This document shows positions 28,034-37,828 of a stretch of DNA of 64,000 bases, in pieces (the first letter of the stretch is position 1; each line of letters begins with the position of its first letter). Source of the stretch: a phage; sequence record PZ027503.1; one strand, 5' to 3'. A program made the position numbers and the translations under genes. A model generated the notes under the pieces. The model did not search any database, had not been told where the DNA came from, and saw only the letters and a program-made list of their open reading frames with translations.

Positions 28034-28393
28034 TCTTCCTCCTGTTCGGTATTATTCACCTGTGAGACACAATGTAACACAAGTTTTGTGAGTTTGTCAA
28101 GGATCTAATTACATTCTATAGAAGAAGAGGGTTAATAACCATAGGAATAATCTTACTATAGGTGCAATACTAGTTAAGAGTTAGATTGATAGGTAAGACT
28201 TATCTTAAACAGATAATTGATAGGTGAATCAGCATTGACTTTTTCAAAAAAATATGGTACCCTAAACATATGTTTACGAGCGATAGCGAGTAGTAGATTT
28301 CTATATAATAATGTTTCATGTTACTCACGATAGTGAGGTATGAAACGTAAGTGAAGGTAGATAAACTATGATCATCTATCTACCATCTATTAA

Positions 28394-28603
28394 TCAATAT
28401 AGATCTAATGTTAGACTAACAGTTATCCAACAAACAATAGCAGTCCATATAACAAGTAATGATCTACAAACTACATCCCATTCAAATACATTGTATGTTA
28501 ACCATTCTCCCATCACAACAGAAGAACCCAACCAACATCCAACAACAACTATAATCCAATAAAAGAATCCTACAGTAGAGTATACAGCAAAAGCTTTTAA
28601 CAT
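28394..28603 (-). CDS. small membrane protein
   Basis: Strongly hydrophobic 69-aa ORF; GGAGGA RBS. Confidence 0.45.
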   Translation of the reverse strand: MLKAFAVYSTVGFFYWIIVVVGCWLGSSVVMGEWLTYNVFEWDVVCRSLLVIWTAIVCWITVSLTLDLY

Positions 28604-29016
28604 CTTTCCTCCAGAAGTTGTTCAACAGTTTGACGAGTATGATTGTCCCAGTAAACCTTAGTGAAGTCAAGAGTTCCTTGTTCGTTTCTCTTAGTTTCGA
28701 AGAAGTATCCGCCTTCTCTTTCTACTCTGTCTCTAATGTGCTCTATAAGGTGCTTTTTACAAGATGCTGATAAACAATAGTCATACTCCCCACGAAGCAA
28801 TGCTATAGCTGCAAGTCTGTTATCACCAACTTGAGATATTGTCCAAGAAAGCATACTACCTTTTATACCTAAAGGTGTTTGTCGAATGGAATATCCACCA
28901 TGCCGACTGATAGAAATTATGGCAAGTGGTTCTCCTGTTAGGGATCTTCCTAATGCACCTTCTGTTGGACTTCCTTCAATAACACGTTTGAAAAAAGCTT
29001 TGATCTTACCTAACAT
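28597..29016 (-). CDS. hypothetical protein
   Basis: ORF in track. Confidence 0.5.
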   Translation of the reverse strand: MLGKIKAFFKRVIEGSPTEGALGRSLTGEPLAIISISRHGGYSIRQTPLGIKGSMLSWTISQVGDNRLAAIALLRGEYDYCLSASCKKHLIEHIRDRVEREGGYFFETKRNEQGTLDFTKVYWDNHTRQTVEQLLEERC

Positions 29017-29034
29017 AAGTCCCCCCTTAAAAAC

Positions 29035-29169
29035 TTACTTGTTTAAAGTATCTCTTACTTGTTCTGCTTGACGTTTAGTAATAAAAGTCCCAACCGAAAC
29101 GTTAAATTCATTGACTACAGAGAACGATCCATCACGATTCTCACGAATATTAAACAATTTCTTACTCAT
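29035..29169 (-). CDS. small protein (44 aa)
   Basis: Below track cutoff; AAGGAGG RBS 5 nt before ATG. Confidence 0.35.
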   Translation of the reverse strand: MSKKLFNIRENRDGSFSVVNEFNVSVGTFITKRQAEQVRDTLNK

Positions 29170-29365
29170 TTCTACCTCCTTCGATGCTTTGTGCCGTACC
29201 ATCCCAAGCCATTAGAATATTTGCCAATAGTTCACGAGGCTCTTTAAACCAAACTTCCATTTCATCAAGAATCTCGTCCGTGTCGTAAGTATAACCTGGA
29301 ACACCAAGTTCGCATTTCTTAAGATAGCTTTCTAACCAGCGGTGATAATTCTTAACCCCATTCAT
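29162..29365 (-). CDS. hypothetical protein
   Basis: ORF in track. Confidence 0.4.
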   Translation of the reverse strand: MNGVKNYHRWLESYLKKCELGVPGYTYDTDEILDEMEVWFKEPRELLANILMAWDGTAQSIEGGRNE

Positions 29366-29738
29366 ACTGTGCTACCTTTTCTTTTACCCAATCTACACGA
29401 TCTTTATCATAATGTTGAGTGCCAAGGAAAAGACCATTGTGGAAACTTTCCTCACCGAAAGGATAAATCGGATCTAAACCATCTTCTTCAAATAACATTT
29501 TTAGTCTCTGTGATGTAGATTTCTTAGTTTCTGAGTTGTAGTTTGTGGTTATAAGCCAATCTTCCAAACAACGACACAAACCTTGACGAGAATCCCAAGG
29601 AAAAACGCAATCTCCGACAGGAGCTTGTTCAGCCCATTTCAACCAGCCTTTAAAAAAGTTATACAGTATGTAGTCTTCAGTGTAATACATTAGCGCCTCC
29701 TTTACGTATACAATAACACCCCGAAGAACGGGGTGCAA
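29352..29738 (-). CDS. paralogous small-protein family A member
   Basis: Shares GLC...PF...VDWVKEKV pattern with six other ORFs; AAGGAGG RBS. Confidence 0.55.
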   Translation of the reverse strand: MHPVLRGVIVYVKEALMYYTEDYILYNFFKGWLKWAEQAPVGDCVFPWDSRQGLCRCLEDWLITTNYNSETKKSTSQRLKMLFEEDGLDPIYPFGEESFHNGLFLGTQHYDKDRVDWVKEKVAQYEWG

Positions 29739-29741
29739 CTG

Positions 29742-30353
29742 TTATTTAATCTGTTTGAAAATTTCGTTTGGAACGGTACCGTTTAAAATACCTTCTACGA
29801 TCTCCTGTGCAGACGTGTAAGAGAGTCCAAAAGAAGCTACGCCTAAAATTGCCTCCTTCAAAGGATCTGGCAGGGGTTCAAAATTACCTGCAACAAAGCC
29901 ACCTGCACAAGCAGCGCCTTCATCATCCCAGAAAACAACTGCTACATCGTTACCATGCGAAGTTGTGCGATGTGCAATAACTTCAACTTCGGTGCCTTCT
30001 TTAGGAACAGAATAAGAACTGTCCCAAGAATATCTTTCCAAATCAGGAACAAAGATAACCTTTTCACCTACTGGTGGCAGTTCACAACGATAGTACCAAG
30101 AATTTTTTTCGTTCATTGTTTTATTTTCCTCCACGTCTTCAAAAGTAACGATCCAATCGTAGCCGTAAGAAAACGGATATTTTAGATCTAAAGAATAAGT
30201 TTGACCTAGATCATCCTCAACAAGAACCATCCTGTCAAAGTTTGCGATGTTAGGATTATGTTTAATGATAGGGTATGTTTCCCCTACAGTAAATTGTCCC
30301 AAATGGTAAAGTTCATCTCTCCAAGTAATTTGGATATGAGTGCATTGAATCAT
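29742..30353 (-). CDS. hypothetical protein
   Basis: ORF in track, 203 aa. Confidence 0.5.
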   Translation of the reverse strand: MIQCTHIQITWRDELYHLGQFTVGETYPIIKHNPNIANFDRMVLVEDDLGQTYSLDLKYPFSYGYDWIVTFEDVEENKTMNEKNSWYYRCELPPVGEKVIFVPDLERYSWDSSYSVPKEGTEVEVIAHRTTSHGNDVAVVFWDDEGAACAGGFVAGNFEPLPDPLKEAILGVASFGLSYTSAQEIVEGILNGTVPNEIFKQIK

Positions 30354-30357
30354 AAAA

Positions 30358-30633
30358 TCACCCCCAAGAAATATTTATATATCTTACAATGTTTGCACTG
30401 TCTAAAGCCATGTTTGCACCACACCCACGCTCGCGCCAGTAACTAACAATACCTTCGCAGATACTTTCTTGTATCTTCTTATCACTTGGCATTTCTAGTA
30501 TAAGACTTGGGTTGTGGATGTTTATGTTATAATATCCTTCCTCTGCGGCTTGAGCTACCAACTTACTTACTTTTTCAAAGTACGGGGAATTAGTAGCATC
30601 TGCCATTGTTTTTAAGGTTTGTCTATCCATCAT
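30358..30633 (-). CDS. hypothetical protein
   Basis: ORF in track. Confidence 0.45.
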   Translation of the reverse strand: MMDRQTLKTMADATNSPYFEKVSKLVAQAAEEGYYNINIHNPSLILEMPSDKKIQESICEGIVSYWRERGCGANMALDSANIVRYINISWG

Positions 30634-31028
30634 TCTACCTCATCATAGAAGAAATCCAACTCTTGTTCCAGTTGTTTAACTCGATCCTTAACCCACTGTA
30701 CACGTTTTTCATTAAACATACAACGTTTTTCCTTACACTCTTGCTCAAAAGATTTTGCTGTGTTAAATGGGAAAGTTGTATCTAAGCCAGCGTTTTCAAA
30801 ACTGGCTAATTGCATACCATAAACAGAATATGCTAAAGAATGCTCTGCCCGAAATTCATCACTTATATACATACGCAGACCTCGGCATAAGCCAACATCA
30901 GCGTAACCACTTTCTCTTGGAAAGAGACGGAGGTGTTCTAACCAATTATTATAGAAATCTAAAAGAATCCTCTTACACTTCAAATCAATTGTCATAAAAA
31001 GTTTCTCCTTCATCAAACAAGTTGGCAA
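30630..31028 (-). CDS. paralogous small-protein family A member
   Basis: GLCRGL...PFN...RVQWVKDRV pattern. Confidence 0.5.
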   Translation of the reverse strand: MPTCLMKEKLFMTIDLKCKRILLDFYNNWLEHLRLFPRESGYADVGLCRGLRMYISDEFRAEHSLAYSVYGMQLASFENAGLDTTFPFNTAKSFEQECKEKRCMFNEKRVQWVKDRVKQLEQELDFFYDEVE

Positions 31029-31395
31029 GATTGTTCATGGCAATCTGGGTGGAAAGAAGACAACTGTTTGCAGACACATAAGCACGAGCTATTTTGTAAA
31101 CATAGACTTTCGTATTACAATTGTCTAGGATCGGAAGGCTTTCGTCGATAGCATCTATAACACTAAACATCACATCTAAAACTTTAATGGTGAGTGTTGT
31201 ATTTGTATCTTCGTAACCTTTTTCAATCAGACCTGAATAGAAGGTATAGTCCTCAACAGTTCGTCGTTTAAATTGGCGCATAAAATCGGAACCATCTGTA
31301 GCAGAATTGAACAAATTTTCAAAAAATACGTCCCATCCGGCAAAAAGGGCTGACAGCATGATTAAGTGATCTACAGATTCATTTTCTTGTTTCAT
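30985..31395 (-). CDS. hypothetical protein
   Basis: ORF in track. Confidence 0.45.
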   Translation of the reverse strand: MKQENESVDHLIMLSALFAGWDVFFENLFNSATDGSDFMRQFKRRTVEDYTFYSGLIEKGYEDTNTTLTIKVLDVMFSVIDAIDESLPILDNCNTKVYVYKIARAYVSANSCLLSTQIAMNNLANLFDEGETFYDN

Positions 31396-31403
31396 ATCCT
31401 CTC

Positions 31404-32075
31404 CTATTTAATGTTAAGTCTGGCACACAAACGAGAAACAGTTTTAGCATCCCATTTACCACCACGTGCTGTTGCTATTTTCTTACTGTTGAATTTTTCA
31501 GCAATAGTTTTGTAAGGTGTATTTAAATCTCTAAGGATCTCCAAACGTTCACGGAATGTCTCTGCAAAAGCATCTGCTTTAACAGAGTTGTATTCCATTT
31601 TTCCTTTTCTACGCGCAGCGGCAGTTTTAGGATTAGCACTGCCTAATAAAACACCTTTGCTTTTTGCTACAGCAAGACCCTTTTTAATACGATCAGCAAT
31701 ACCTCTAACCTCTTGTTCAGCCAGAACAGACAGAAGCTGTATAACCATTTTATCTGCATCTGGCATAATGGCTATCTTAACATCAATCATTTCTAGAAGA
31801 GTTGCTACGGAGGCGTTGTTACGACCCAAGCGGTCAACTTTAGCTACCAATAAAGTTGCTCCGGTAGCTTTACACATTTCAACCGCTTTAACCAGTTCCT
31901 TACGTTGCTTCCAATCGCCCTTACCCGAATAGTATTCAGAAAATTGACCAATAACTTCCGCATCAGGCACAGAGTCTAAGAAGTAACGGATATCGTTCTC
32001 TTGGCTCTCCATACCATATTGTGCCTCGCCTTTTTTCTGTTTAGAAAGACGACTGTAAACAACAAACTTTTTCAT
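31404..32075 (-). CDS. small serine recombinase (resolvase/invertase family)
   Basis: YSRLS...SQE catalytic region, KVDRLGRN, LAEQEVRGIADRIKKGLAVAKSKG, C-terminal HTH; start ATG 32075 after AGGAG; TTGACA-17-TAAAGT upstream. Confidence 0.8.
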   Translation of the reverse strand: MKKFVVYSRLSKQKKGEAQYGMESQENDIRYFLDSVPDAEVIGQFSEYYSGKGDWKQRKELVKAVEMCKATGATLLVAKVDRLGRNNASVATLLEMIDVKIAIMPDADKMVIQLLSVLAEQEVRGIADRIKKGLAVAKSKGVLLGSANPKTAAARRKGKMEYNSVKADAFAETFRERLEILRDLNTPYKTIAEKFNSKKIATARGGKWDAKTVSRLCARLNIK

Positions 32076-32145
32076 AACCACTCCTAAACCATTGCTGTAT
32101 TCTCACTTTACAAAATGAATAAACACTTGTCAAGGTATTTATTAT

Positions 32146-32358
32146 TTACAGCCATTCTACTCTTAAGCAGTATTCCTCGACATGTTGTTTACGCTTGTTT
32201 TTGTCTATGTAAGTGTATTCAACAAATGTCCCAAGATAGTCCTTGTCTACATTGTGTGGGCTATTGATTGGACATTTAGTACGACAAACCCGTTGCCACT
32301 GACGAAGAATTACGGCTTTGTTTTTAGGATCAAACGGATGAGGGTAATATACCTTCAT
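32146..32358 (-). CDS. hypothetical protein
   Basis: ORF in track. Confidence 0.45.
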   Translation of the reverse strand: MKVYYPHPFDPKNKAVILRQWQRVCRTKCPINSPHNVDKDYLGTFVEYTYIDKNKRKQHVEEYCLRVEWL

Positions 32359-32682
32359 TCACGCCCCCTGTTTTAGTCGAAAAATATTTTGAATAACTAG
32401 AGATGTATAGTTATCACCTAGTCCCATAAGTTCTACTTCCAAGTTTCGAATATCTTCCACCGTAGGAGGATATGTTGGTAAAAATGCTTGAGCATTGCCA
32501 GATCCAACCTCATTGCTGTAAGCAGTTGTAAAATTGTAAGATACAAAACATGAAACACCTTTTTGTCGGTACCCGATTAATCGACGAATACACCAGATAA
32601 GAGCCAAACCTATGAGAACACCTCCTAAACCAGCTAACAAGAAGGATAAGTTCATAATAGCTTCGTTAACAACTGCTTGCAT
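32359..32682 (-). CDS. membrane protein (one predicted TM helix)
   Basis: NLSFLLAGLGGVLIGLALIWCI hydrophobic segment. Confidence 0.45.
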   Translation of the reverse strand: MQAVVNEAIMNLSFLLAGLGGVLIGLALIWCIRRLIGYRQKGVSCFVSYNFTTAYSNEVGSGNAQAFLPTYPPTVEDIRNLEVELMGLGDNYTSLVIQNIFRLKQGA

Positions 32683-32692
32683 TCTTTTCTCC

Positions 32693-32992
32693 TTAGTTAT
32701 GTAAACCCAAATGTGCTACAACTTCTCTACGATAAGATAACTGCATAGCGATTTTATAGCCAGGATGAAAACCATTTACATCAATGTCATCAAACCAAAC
32801 CTCAAACGAACCGTGCTTAAGAGTCATTAAGTTGATATACCATTCGATAGTATAATGATCGTCAGCAATACCTTCGATGTAAAACTCTCGGCAACAATGA
32901 GATAAATCTTCACTTGTTTCACGTTTCCAGTCTTTGATAGCACCCTTCTCTTTAGCTTTATTCAGAATGTGGATCAGGTCTTCAACTTGCAT
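32693..32992 (-). CDS. hypothetical protein
   Basis: ORF in track. Confidence 0.45.
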   Translation of the reverse strand: MQVEDLIHILNKAKEKGAIKDWKRETSEDLSHCCREFYIEGIADDHYTIEWYINLMTLKHGSFEVWFDDIDVNGFHPGYKIAMQLSYRREVVAHLGLHN

Positions 32993-33044
32993 ATTCTCTC
33001 CTTTGTGGTTAATCTTTATATTTTAAATATTGTACCGTCTTCTG

Positions 33045-33458
33045 TCAAATAGTCTCTTTCTCTAAAACAACTCTTTGGATCACAACATCTTCAATGTTTG
33101 CCAAACAATGACCCAAAGTCAATCCCGCCTTGAAAGGTGCTTGTAGTTTGGATTCGGCTTCTACGCGAACAGAATGTTCCGCTCCGCACATGGTGTAATC
33201 TACACGGTAAACGTTTAAACCTAAGAACATAGATTCTTCTTCCTCACAACAAGGATGAAGTTCAGCCCAGTCCCAAGCATCTCCTTCTAAAGCAAATGGA
33301 GTATTGTAATTGAAGAAAGTGCAGCGCGGATATTCCCCGTTGAAAGAATCTTTCAGCAGAATATATTTCTTACCGTTTGCATGGAAGAGTTCTCCTTTGA
33401 TAACTTTACCTACAAGGATATCACTGTTAGTGGAACGGGTGCAAATAAACTTTTTCAT
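33045..33458 (-). CDS. hypothetical protein
   Basis: ORF in track. Confidence 0.45.
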   Translation of the reverse strand: MKKFICTRSTNSDILVGKVIKGELFHANGKKYILLKDSFNGEYPRCTFFNYNTPFALEGDAWDWAELHPCCEEEESMFLGLNVYRVDYTMCGAEHSVRVEAESKLQAPFKAGLTLGHCLANIEDVVIQRVVLEKETI

Positions 33459-33512
33459 GATTTTCTCCTCTCTGTTTCGATGAGATGATTATGACAAAGA
33501 CAGATCCTTCTG

Positions 33513-33839
33513 TCAACCAATTATTTCTTCTGCTACACGTTCTTTTACCCAGTTCACACGATCCACATTCAAATGACAACGGCCTTTTTCCGCTTCTAAG
33601 GTGTACTTTCCAAAATTACTGTTGAAAGGCAACACCATAACCAAACCTTTGAGGTAGAACTGCTCATGCATTTCATCCAGTACAGGTTCGTATCGTTCGC
33701 TTTCTCCTATGTCGTAAAAATCATAGAGGTTCGTGCACAAACCTGTGCAACGGGTGAACGGTTCACCTTCAGGAGCACCAGCTTCCAACCATGCCAAATA
33801 CGTGCGGTAAAATGTTAATAGCTCTTCGCTCATTTCCAC
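33513..33839 (-). CDS. paralogous small-protein family A member
   Basis: FYRTYLAWLEAGAP...GLC...QFY.KGL...PFN...CHLNVDRVNWVKERV. Confidence 0.55.
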   Translation of the reverse strand: MEMSEELLTFYRTYLAWLEAGAPEGEPFTRCTGLCTNLYDFYDIGESERYEPVLDEMHEQFYLKGLVMVLPFNSNFGKYTLEAEKGRCHLNVDRVNWVKERVAEEIIG

Positions 33840-34042
33840 TCTCCTTCGTGATAGTAAACCTCAAAAGAATAGTAAGTGAACATGCTCATTGTAACACCTG
33901 CCATTTCTGGATCAAAGGGGGTGTTGTTATACATGTCAACTACTGCCTGACCCGCTGCTTTGGCATGTGCTGCTGAATCACAGGCACAAACATCTTTCTC
34001 CCACGGAAACTTGCCATCATACTTAAGACGGACAATCCACAT
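33830..34042 (-). CDS. hypothetical protein
   Basis: ORF in track. Confidence 0.4.
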   Translation of the reverse strand: MWIVRLKYDGKFPWEKDVCACDSAAHAKAAGQAVVDMYNNTPFDPEMAGVTMSMFTYYSFEVYYHEGEWK

Positions 34043-34044
34043 GC

Positions 34045-34272
34045 TTATTCCTCCATCTCAAACCATTCAGGGAACACTTTATGGAAGACACGGGTTGTTT
34101 CCAAAAGGAATTCCAATTCTTTTTCCAGATCTGCGTTCCAATCGTGCACTTTAACATTGATTGCCAATGCACTTGCACGGCGACTCAATTCTTGACAGAT
34201 TGGATCACGCAGAACTATTGAGTCATAAAACTGACAAACAGCCTCAAGTTCATACCAGTTATAATCCGACAT
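34045..34272 (-). CDS. hypothetical protein
   Basis: ORF in track. Confidence 0.4.
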   Translation of the reverse strand: MSDYNWYELEAVCQFYDSIVLRDPICQELSRRASALAINVKVHDWNADLEKELEFLLETTRVFHKVFPEWFEMEE

Positions 34273-34598
34273 TATTCATCCTCCTCTGCAATACGATCTC
34301 TTACCCAATTAATCCTGTCCACGTTCAGGTGACATACCTCTGCATCTGATTCTAAGACATATGCATCGTAGTTCTCATTGAAAGGGAGTTCTTGACTCAA
34401 CCCTTTGTGGTAAAACTGTGAGTGCATTTCATCTGACAAGGTTGTTATAAGAGGATTGTAGCCATCCGCGTGCACATAGTCGAATAAGTTGGCACACAAA
34501 CCGCAATCCCGCCGAAAAGGTTTACCATCAGGAGCACCAACATCAATCCACGCTAGATAAATTTTATAAAACTCCATCAACCTTGCACTTGTTTTCAT
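34272..34598 (-). CDS. paralogous small-protein family A member
   Basis: Near-colinear with 33513 gene (FYKIYLAWIDVGAP...CHLNVDRINWVRDRI). Confidence 0.55.
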   Translation of the reverse strand: MKTSARLMEFYKIYLAWIDVGAPDGKPFRRDCGLCANLFDYVHADGYNPLITTLSDEMHSQFYHKGLSQELPFNENYDAYVLESDAEVCHLNVDRINWVRDRIAEEDE

Positions 34599-34836
34599 TT
34601 AGCCACCTCGTTAGTTTTTCTTGCTCTTTGTTTGCGCGTTCTAAGCTTCTGAACTTTAAACAGAGGGAACGAGAATCCCTACCCATGCACAAGCTTTCAT
34701 CTAAGCTGTGCTCCCCAACCAACCAAAGAGAGTATGTTTGAACATCTAACCCATAGTTTCTGTCTTTCCATAATCTCACCCCAAGAACATCAAAAGGCGC
34801 TTCCGCGACTAAAGAAAGAAACCGATCTTTATTCAT
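34564..34836 (-). CDS. hypothetical protein
   Basis: ORF in track. Confidence 0.4.
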   Translation of the reverse strand: MNKDRFLSLVAEAPFDVLGVRLWKDRNYGLDVQTYSLWLVGEHSLDESLCMGRDSRSLCLKFRSLERANKEQEKLTRWLNENKCKVDGVL

Positions 34837-34898
34837 ATTACACCACCTTGCTCACGTTGATAATGTATGTATACCATACATAAAATAAATGTCAAGGC

Positions 34899-35099
34899 TT
34901 ATCGACACAGATAGTTGTAACGATCTGCTTTATCCTCTGCTTCAGCAAAGTCAGCAATCAAGGAAGTTTTGAGTTCTTCCAACTCTTTCACCCAAGAGTC
35001 GTAATCGTTCTGTGTTTCTCCAATAGTTTGGAGAAAACAATCGTCGTAGCCAATAGACATGGCTAACTCGATAATACGTTCCAGTTTTTCTTCCATCAT
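34899..35099 (-). CDS. hypothetical protein
   Basis: ORF in track. Confidence 0.4.
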   Translation of the reverse strand: MMEEKLERIIELAMSIGYDDCFLQTIGETQNDYDSWVKELEELKTSLIADFAEAEDKADRYNYLCR

Positions 35100-35458
35100 T
35101 TCTCTCCTTCTACAGGCTTCTGTTTAACATAAAAGTAAGCACCACGAGCAAGATACAAATCATGTTCAATATCGCTCACAGGAAAACCATCTGGATTTTT
35201 AAAACCATCTTCTACAGCCAAAATGAGAGATCGTAAACTGATAGCTAACAACTCCATTTGATCTTGTAGTTTTCTATTTTCTGCGTAAAGGTTTTTGCAT
35301 TTTTGTTCTGCATTTTTCCATTGTTCTAATGCATGATCATAGCGGTGCATAAGAATAGCTTTTTCTTGTTCACGCTTAAAAGTTTCTTCGCAAATGAAAC
35401 CTGTGCCTAAACCAGTTTCTTCGTCTTTGACAAACACTTCAACAAAATCTTTAGACAT
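35096..35458 (-). CDS. hypothetical protein
   Basis: Track ORF trimmed to ATG 35458 after AGGAG, removing overlap with upstream gene. Confidence 0.4.
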   Translation of the reverse strand: MSKDFVEVFVKDEETGLGTGFICEETFKREQEKAILMHRYDHALEQWKNAEQKCKNLYAENRKLQDQMELLAISLRSLILAVEDGFKNPDGFPVSDIEHDLYLARGAYFYVKQKPVEGEK

Positions 35459-35459
35459 A

Positions 35460-35750
35460 TTATCTCCTATTTGCTTTAGGATACTCCCAACCCTCTGGGA
35501 GATCTTCTTTACACATCCACTCAAAAGGCCAGCGACAATAACTGTGCCATTTTCCATTGAGATACAAACAATCTTCATCTACTGGTCCACAAGGGTTGAT
35601 AACTACAACACACCCTTTCGCTCGCCAATATTGAACTATTTCAGGGTAAAAACAAGAAACGTCGGTCCACTCCCAAATACGTTCATCATTCAGACGGTAG
35701 GCTGCTGGTAATGTTTCTTTCATAGTATTAAACCTGAGCCAAGGAGTCAC
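35460..35750 (-). CDS. hypothetical Cys/Trp-rich protein
   Basis: ORF in track. Confidence 0.4.
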   Translation of the reverse strand: MTPWLRFNTMKETLPAAYRLNDERIWEWTDVSCFYPEIVQYWRAKGCVVVINPCGPVDEDCLYLNGKWHSYCRWPFEWMCKEDLPEGWEYPKANRR

Positions 35751-36183
35751 GCCAATTACGGCTATCTCCTTCTCCTAAATACCAGTAATCCGCAGCATTA
35801 AAAACTTGATAAGGAATACGCCACGCATAAGCGAAATCTGGAATCTCCGGTTTATGACTGTAACCATAACGCTCGCCATTCGAATCTGTTGCAATATAAT
35901 TAACAAATTCAGGAACCTCTAAAGTTTCACCTTGATACTCTACACGCTTGAAGCCATCTTCCACTTGTTCCTCCCCTTCTACCAGAAGGGCAAGAAGTTT
36001 GATGTGAGGGCAAGTGAAATCTTGTCCTGGATAACGTGAACGGATATCAGTTAACAATGCGATCACAGCATCCGATAACTCTTTATAATCCTCATATCTT
36101 ACAAATGTGCCTTCTGTCGGATCATCAGGACATAAACGCCAAACATCGTTGCAGTTTACAGCATAATGTCGCATTTTAGTCAT
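35728..36183 (-). CDS. hypothetical protein
   Basis: ORF in track. Confidence 0.45.
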   Translation of the reverse strand: MTKMRHYAVNCNDVWRLCPDDPTEGTFVRYEDYKELSDAVIALLTDIRSRYPGQDFTCPHIKLLALLVEGEEQVEDGFKRVEYQGETLEVPEFVNYIATDSNGERYGYSHKPEIPDFAYAWRIPYQVFNAADYWYLGEGDSRNWRDSLAQV

Positions 36184-36193
36184 AAATACCCCC

Positions 36194-36592
36194 TTATCGT
36201 TGCGTACAATCAGCTTCTAGAGTAAGAACATTCGTTATTGTTTTATCATTTTTTAGAAATGCAAACCAAGCCAAAGTGTCTCGATACTCTGTGCGCATCA
36301 TTACTACTTCAGTAGTGCCAATAAACTGTTGTGAACCGTACATAGCACTACCATCTTTACTTTTTTCTCCTGTGTATTGCAGAATGCCACTCATCAAAGC
36401 ACCACCTGAATTTTTAAGGATAAAGGAGTTATCTTTGTTAATGACAACAGAAGCCATTTTCTTAGGACCAGAAATAACTTCACCTTTCAGATTTTTAACA
36501 ACCACCTCTGACACACACTCATAAACTTGAGACGCATTTGCTGTTCCAAGTGATGCAATGAGTAACAATAAACCTACAATGATCTTTTTCAT
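36194..36592 (-). CDS. secreted protein with N-terminal signal peptide
   Basis: MKKIIVGLLLLIASLGTANA then polar mature region; GAGGAG RBS. Confidence 0.5.
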   Translation of the reverse strand: MKKIIVGLLLLIASLGTANASQVYECVSEVVVKNLKGEVISGPKKMASVVINKDNSFILKNSGGALMSGILQYTGEKSKDGSAMYGSQQFIGTTEVVMMRTEYRDTLAWFAFLKNDKTITNVLTLEADCTQR

Positions 36593-36687
36593 ATAAACTC
36601 TCCTCTTTATTTACCCGACGCGCCCCTGTTGGGCGGAAAGGGTTGTACGCAAAATTTTTAGCTCCAATCGTCGGGTGTCCCGACTCC

Positions 36688-36894
36688 TTACGCTTTTAAT
36701 GTTTTAACAGAATGACAAGCTTTGCAAACCATAACCGGAACAAGTTCATCTCCATTATCCGCATAAATCACTGTTTTCTTCATTCTGCCACCACATGAAC
36801 AATACTCCGTATGATCCACTGGAATATTAAATATTCCGTAATCACTTTCATACTGTTTCTTACATATGGACACTGCTTTTGTAAAACAAGACAT
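36688..36894 (-). CDS. small zinc-binding protein
   Basis: CSCGG...CKAC pairs. Confidence 0.4.
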   Translation of the reverse strand: MSCFTKAVSICKKQYESDYGIFNIPVDHTEYCSCGGRMKKTVIYADNGDELVPVMVCKACHSVKTLKA

Positions 36895-36896
36895 AC

Positions 36897-37118
36897 CTAC
36901 TCCGAAAGAACATTCACTTCATCAGAGAAAAATACGTAATCACAACCTTCCCAAACATCTTCTTCAAACCACTCCCATCCCTCAACTTTGGACATTTCTT
37001 CTATCGTAACAAAGAATGTTGTCATGTCATCGCTAACAAGATGTGCTTCAACAACAAAAGGAATCTGAACATTCTCAAAACCAACATAACCCAATACATC
37101 GCAAACTCTAATTTTCAT
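36897..37118 (-). CDS. hypothetical protein (paralog of 42078..42308)
   Basis: Shared KIR...EWF.E...EG.DYVFF pattern. Confidence 0.45.
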   Translation of the reverse strand: MKIRVCDVLGYVGFENVQIPFVVEAHLVSDDMTTFFVTIEEMSKVEGWEWFEEDVWEGCDYVFFSDEVNVLSE

Positions 37119-37119
37119 A

Positions 37120-37320
37120 TTATGCTCCTTTGTAGATTATGTTGGTGCGTTCACACTCTGCCACCAGCAAGCGATTAGCAATGTTGTCCATAGGAACATC
37201 AATCTCTACGCTCCAGGCATTGATATACACTTCTTCAATCTTTGCTCCAAGCGTTTGTGCGATCAGAGCAACAGCCCCAGCATATTCAAGTTTAATCTCA
37301 ATTACCATTTTGCACCTCAA
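37120..37320 (-). CDS. hypothetical protein
   Basis: ORF in track. Confidence 0.4.
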   Translation of the reverse strand: MRCKMVIEIKLEYAGAVALIAQTLGAKIEEVYINAWSVEIDVPMDNIANRLLVAECERTNIIYKGA

Positions 37321-37322
37321 GG

Positions 37323-37559
37323 TTATTTATCTTGCTTGTATCTTACAAGGCGATCACACTCTAGGTCAAGAAATTTCTCCGCATTTCGTTCATGTTTGAG
37401 CACAATACATTGTTCTTTCCAGTCTGTAGCTCTTTGCTGCGCTGCTCCTGGGTCAAAATCCCAAAGCCATGCCGCGAAAAGAACTACCATAACAATTACT
37501 AAGAAACTAAACACTATTGGCATTGCACATCCTCCTGTGTGGCATGGTCTTTTACCCAT
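37323..37559 (-). CDS. small membrane protein
   Basis: MPIVFSFLVIVMVVLFAAWLW hydrophobic helix. Confidence 0.4.
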   Translation of the reverse strand: MGKRPCHTGGCAMPIVFSFLVIVMVVLFAAWLWDFDPGAAQQRATDWKEQCIVLKHERNAEKFLDLECDRLVRYKQDK

Positions 37560-37828
37560 TTTATACGGGCAGCATTCAAATGCAATAGCCCGTTTCTTTG
37601 TGCAAAATCATATTTAAACCAGTCTCCGTCATCAAACGGGTATTCTTCAGACAATCCTGCCTCACGGAATTGCATTTGCATTTCATAATTTAGATCATCA
37701 TAACCTCCAGTCCAAAGGTAGAGGCAACTACATAATCCTTTATCATGCCAGAAAGGATTATTATCTGGAGCACCAGCTAACAGCCAGTTATGATATGCTT
37801 GATAAAATTCTTTAAGTTCTTCTGACAT
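37514..37828 (-). CDS. paralogous small-protein family A member
   Basis: FYQAYHNWLLAGAP...GLC...QF.EAGL...PFD...LHLNAARIKWVKDH. Confidence 0.5.
   Translation of the reverse strand: MSEELKEFYQAYHNWLLAGAPDNNPFWHDKGLCSCLYLWTGGYDDLNYEMQMQFREAGLSEEYPFDDGDWFKYDFAQRNGLLHLNAARIKWVKDHATQEDVQCQ

Noticed and set aside
28368-28562. 64-aa plus-strand ORF
   Set aside because: Antisense to a hydrophobic minus-strand ORF (28394-28603) that has a GGAGGA RBS and fits the minus-strand operon.
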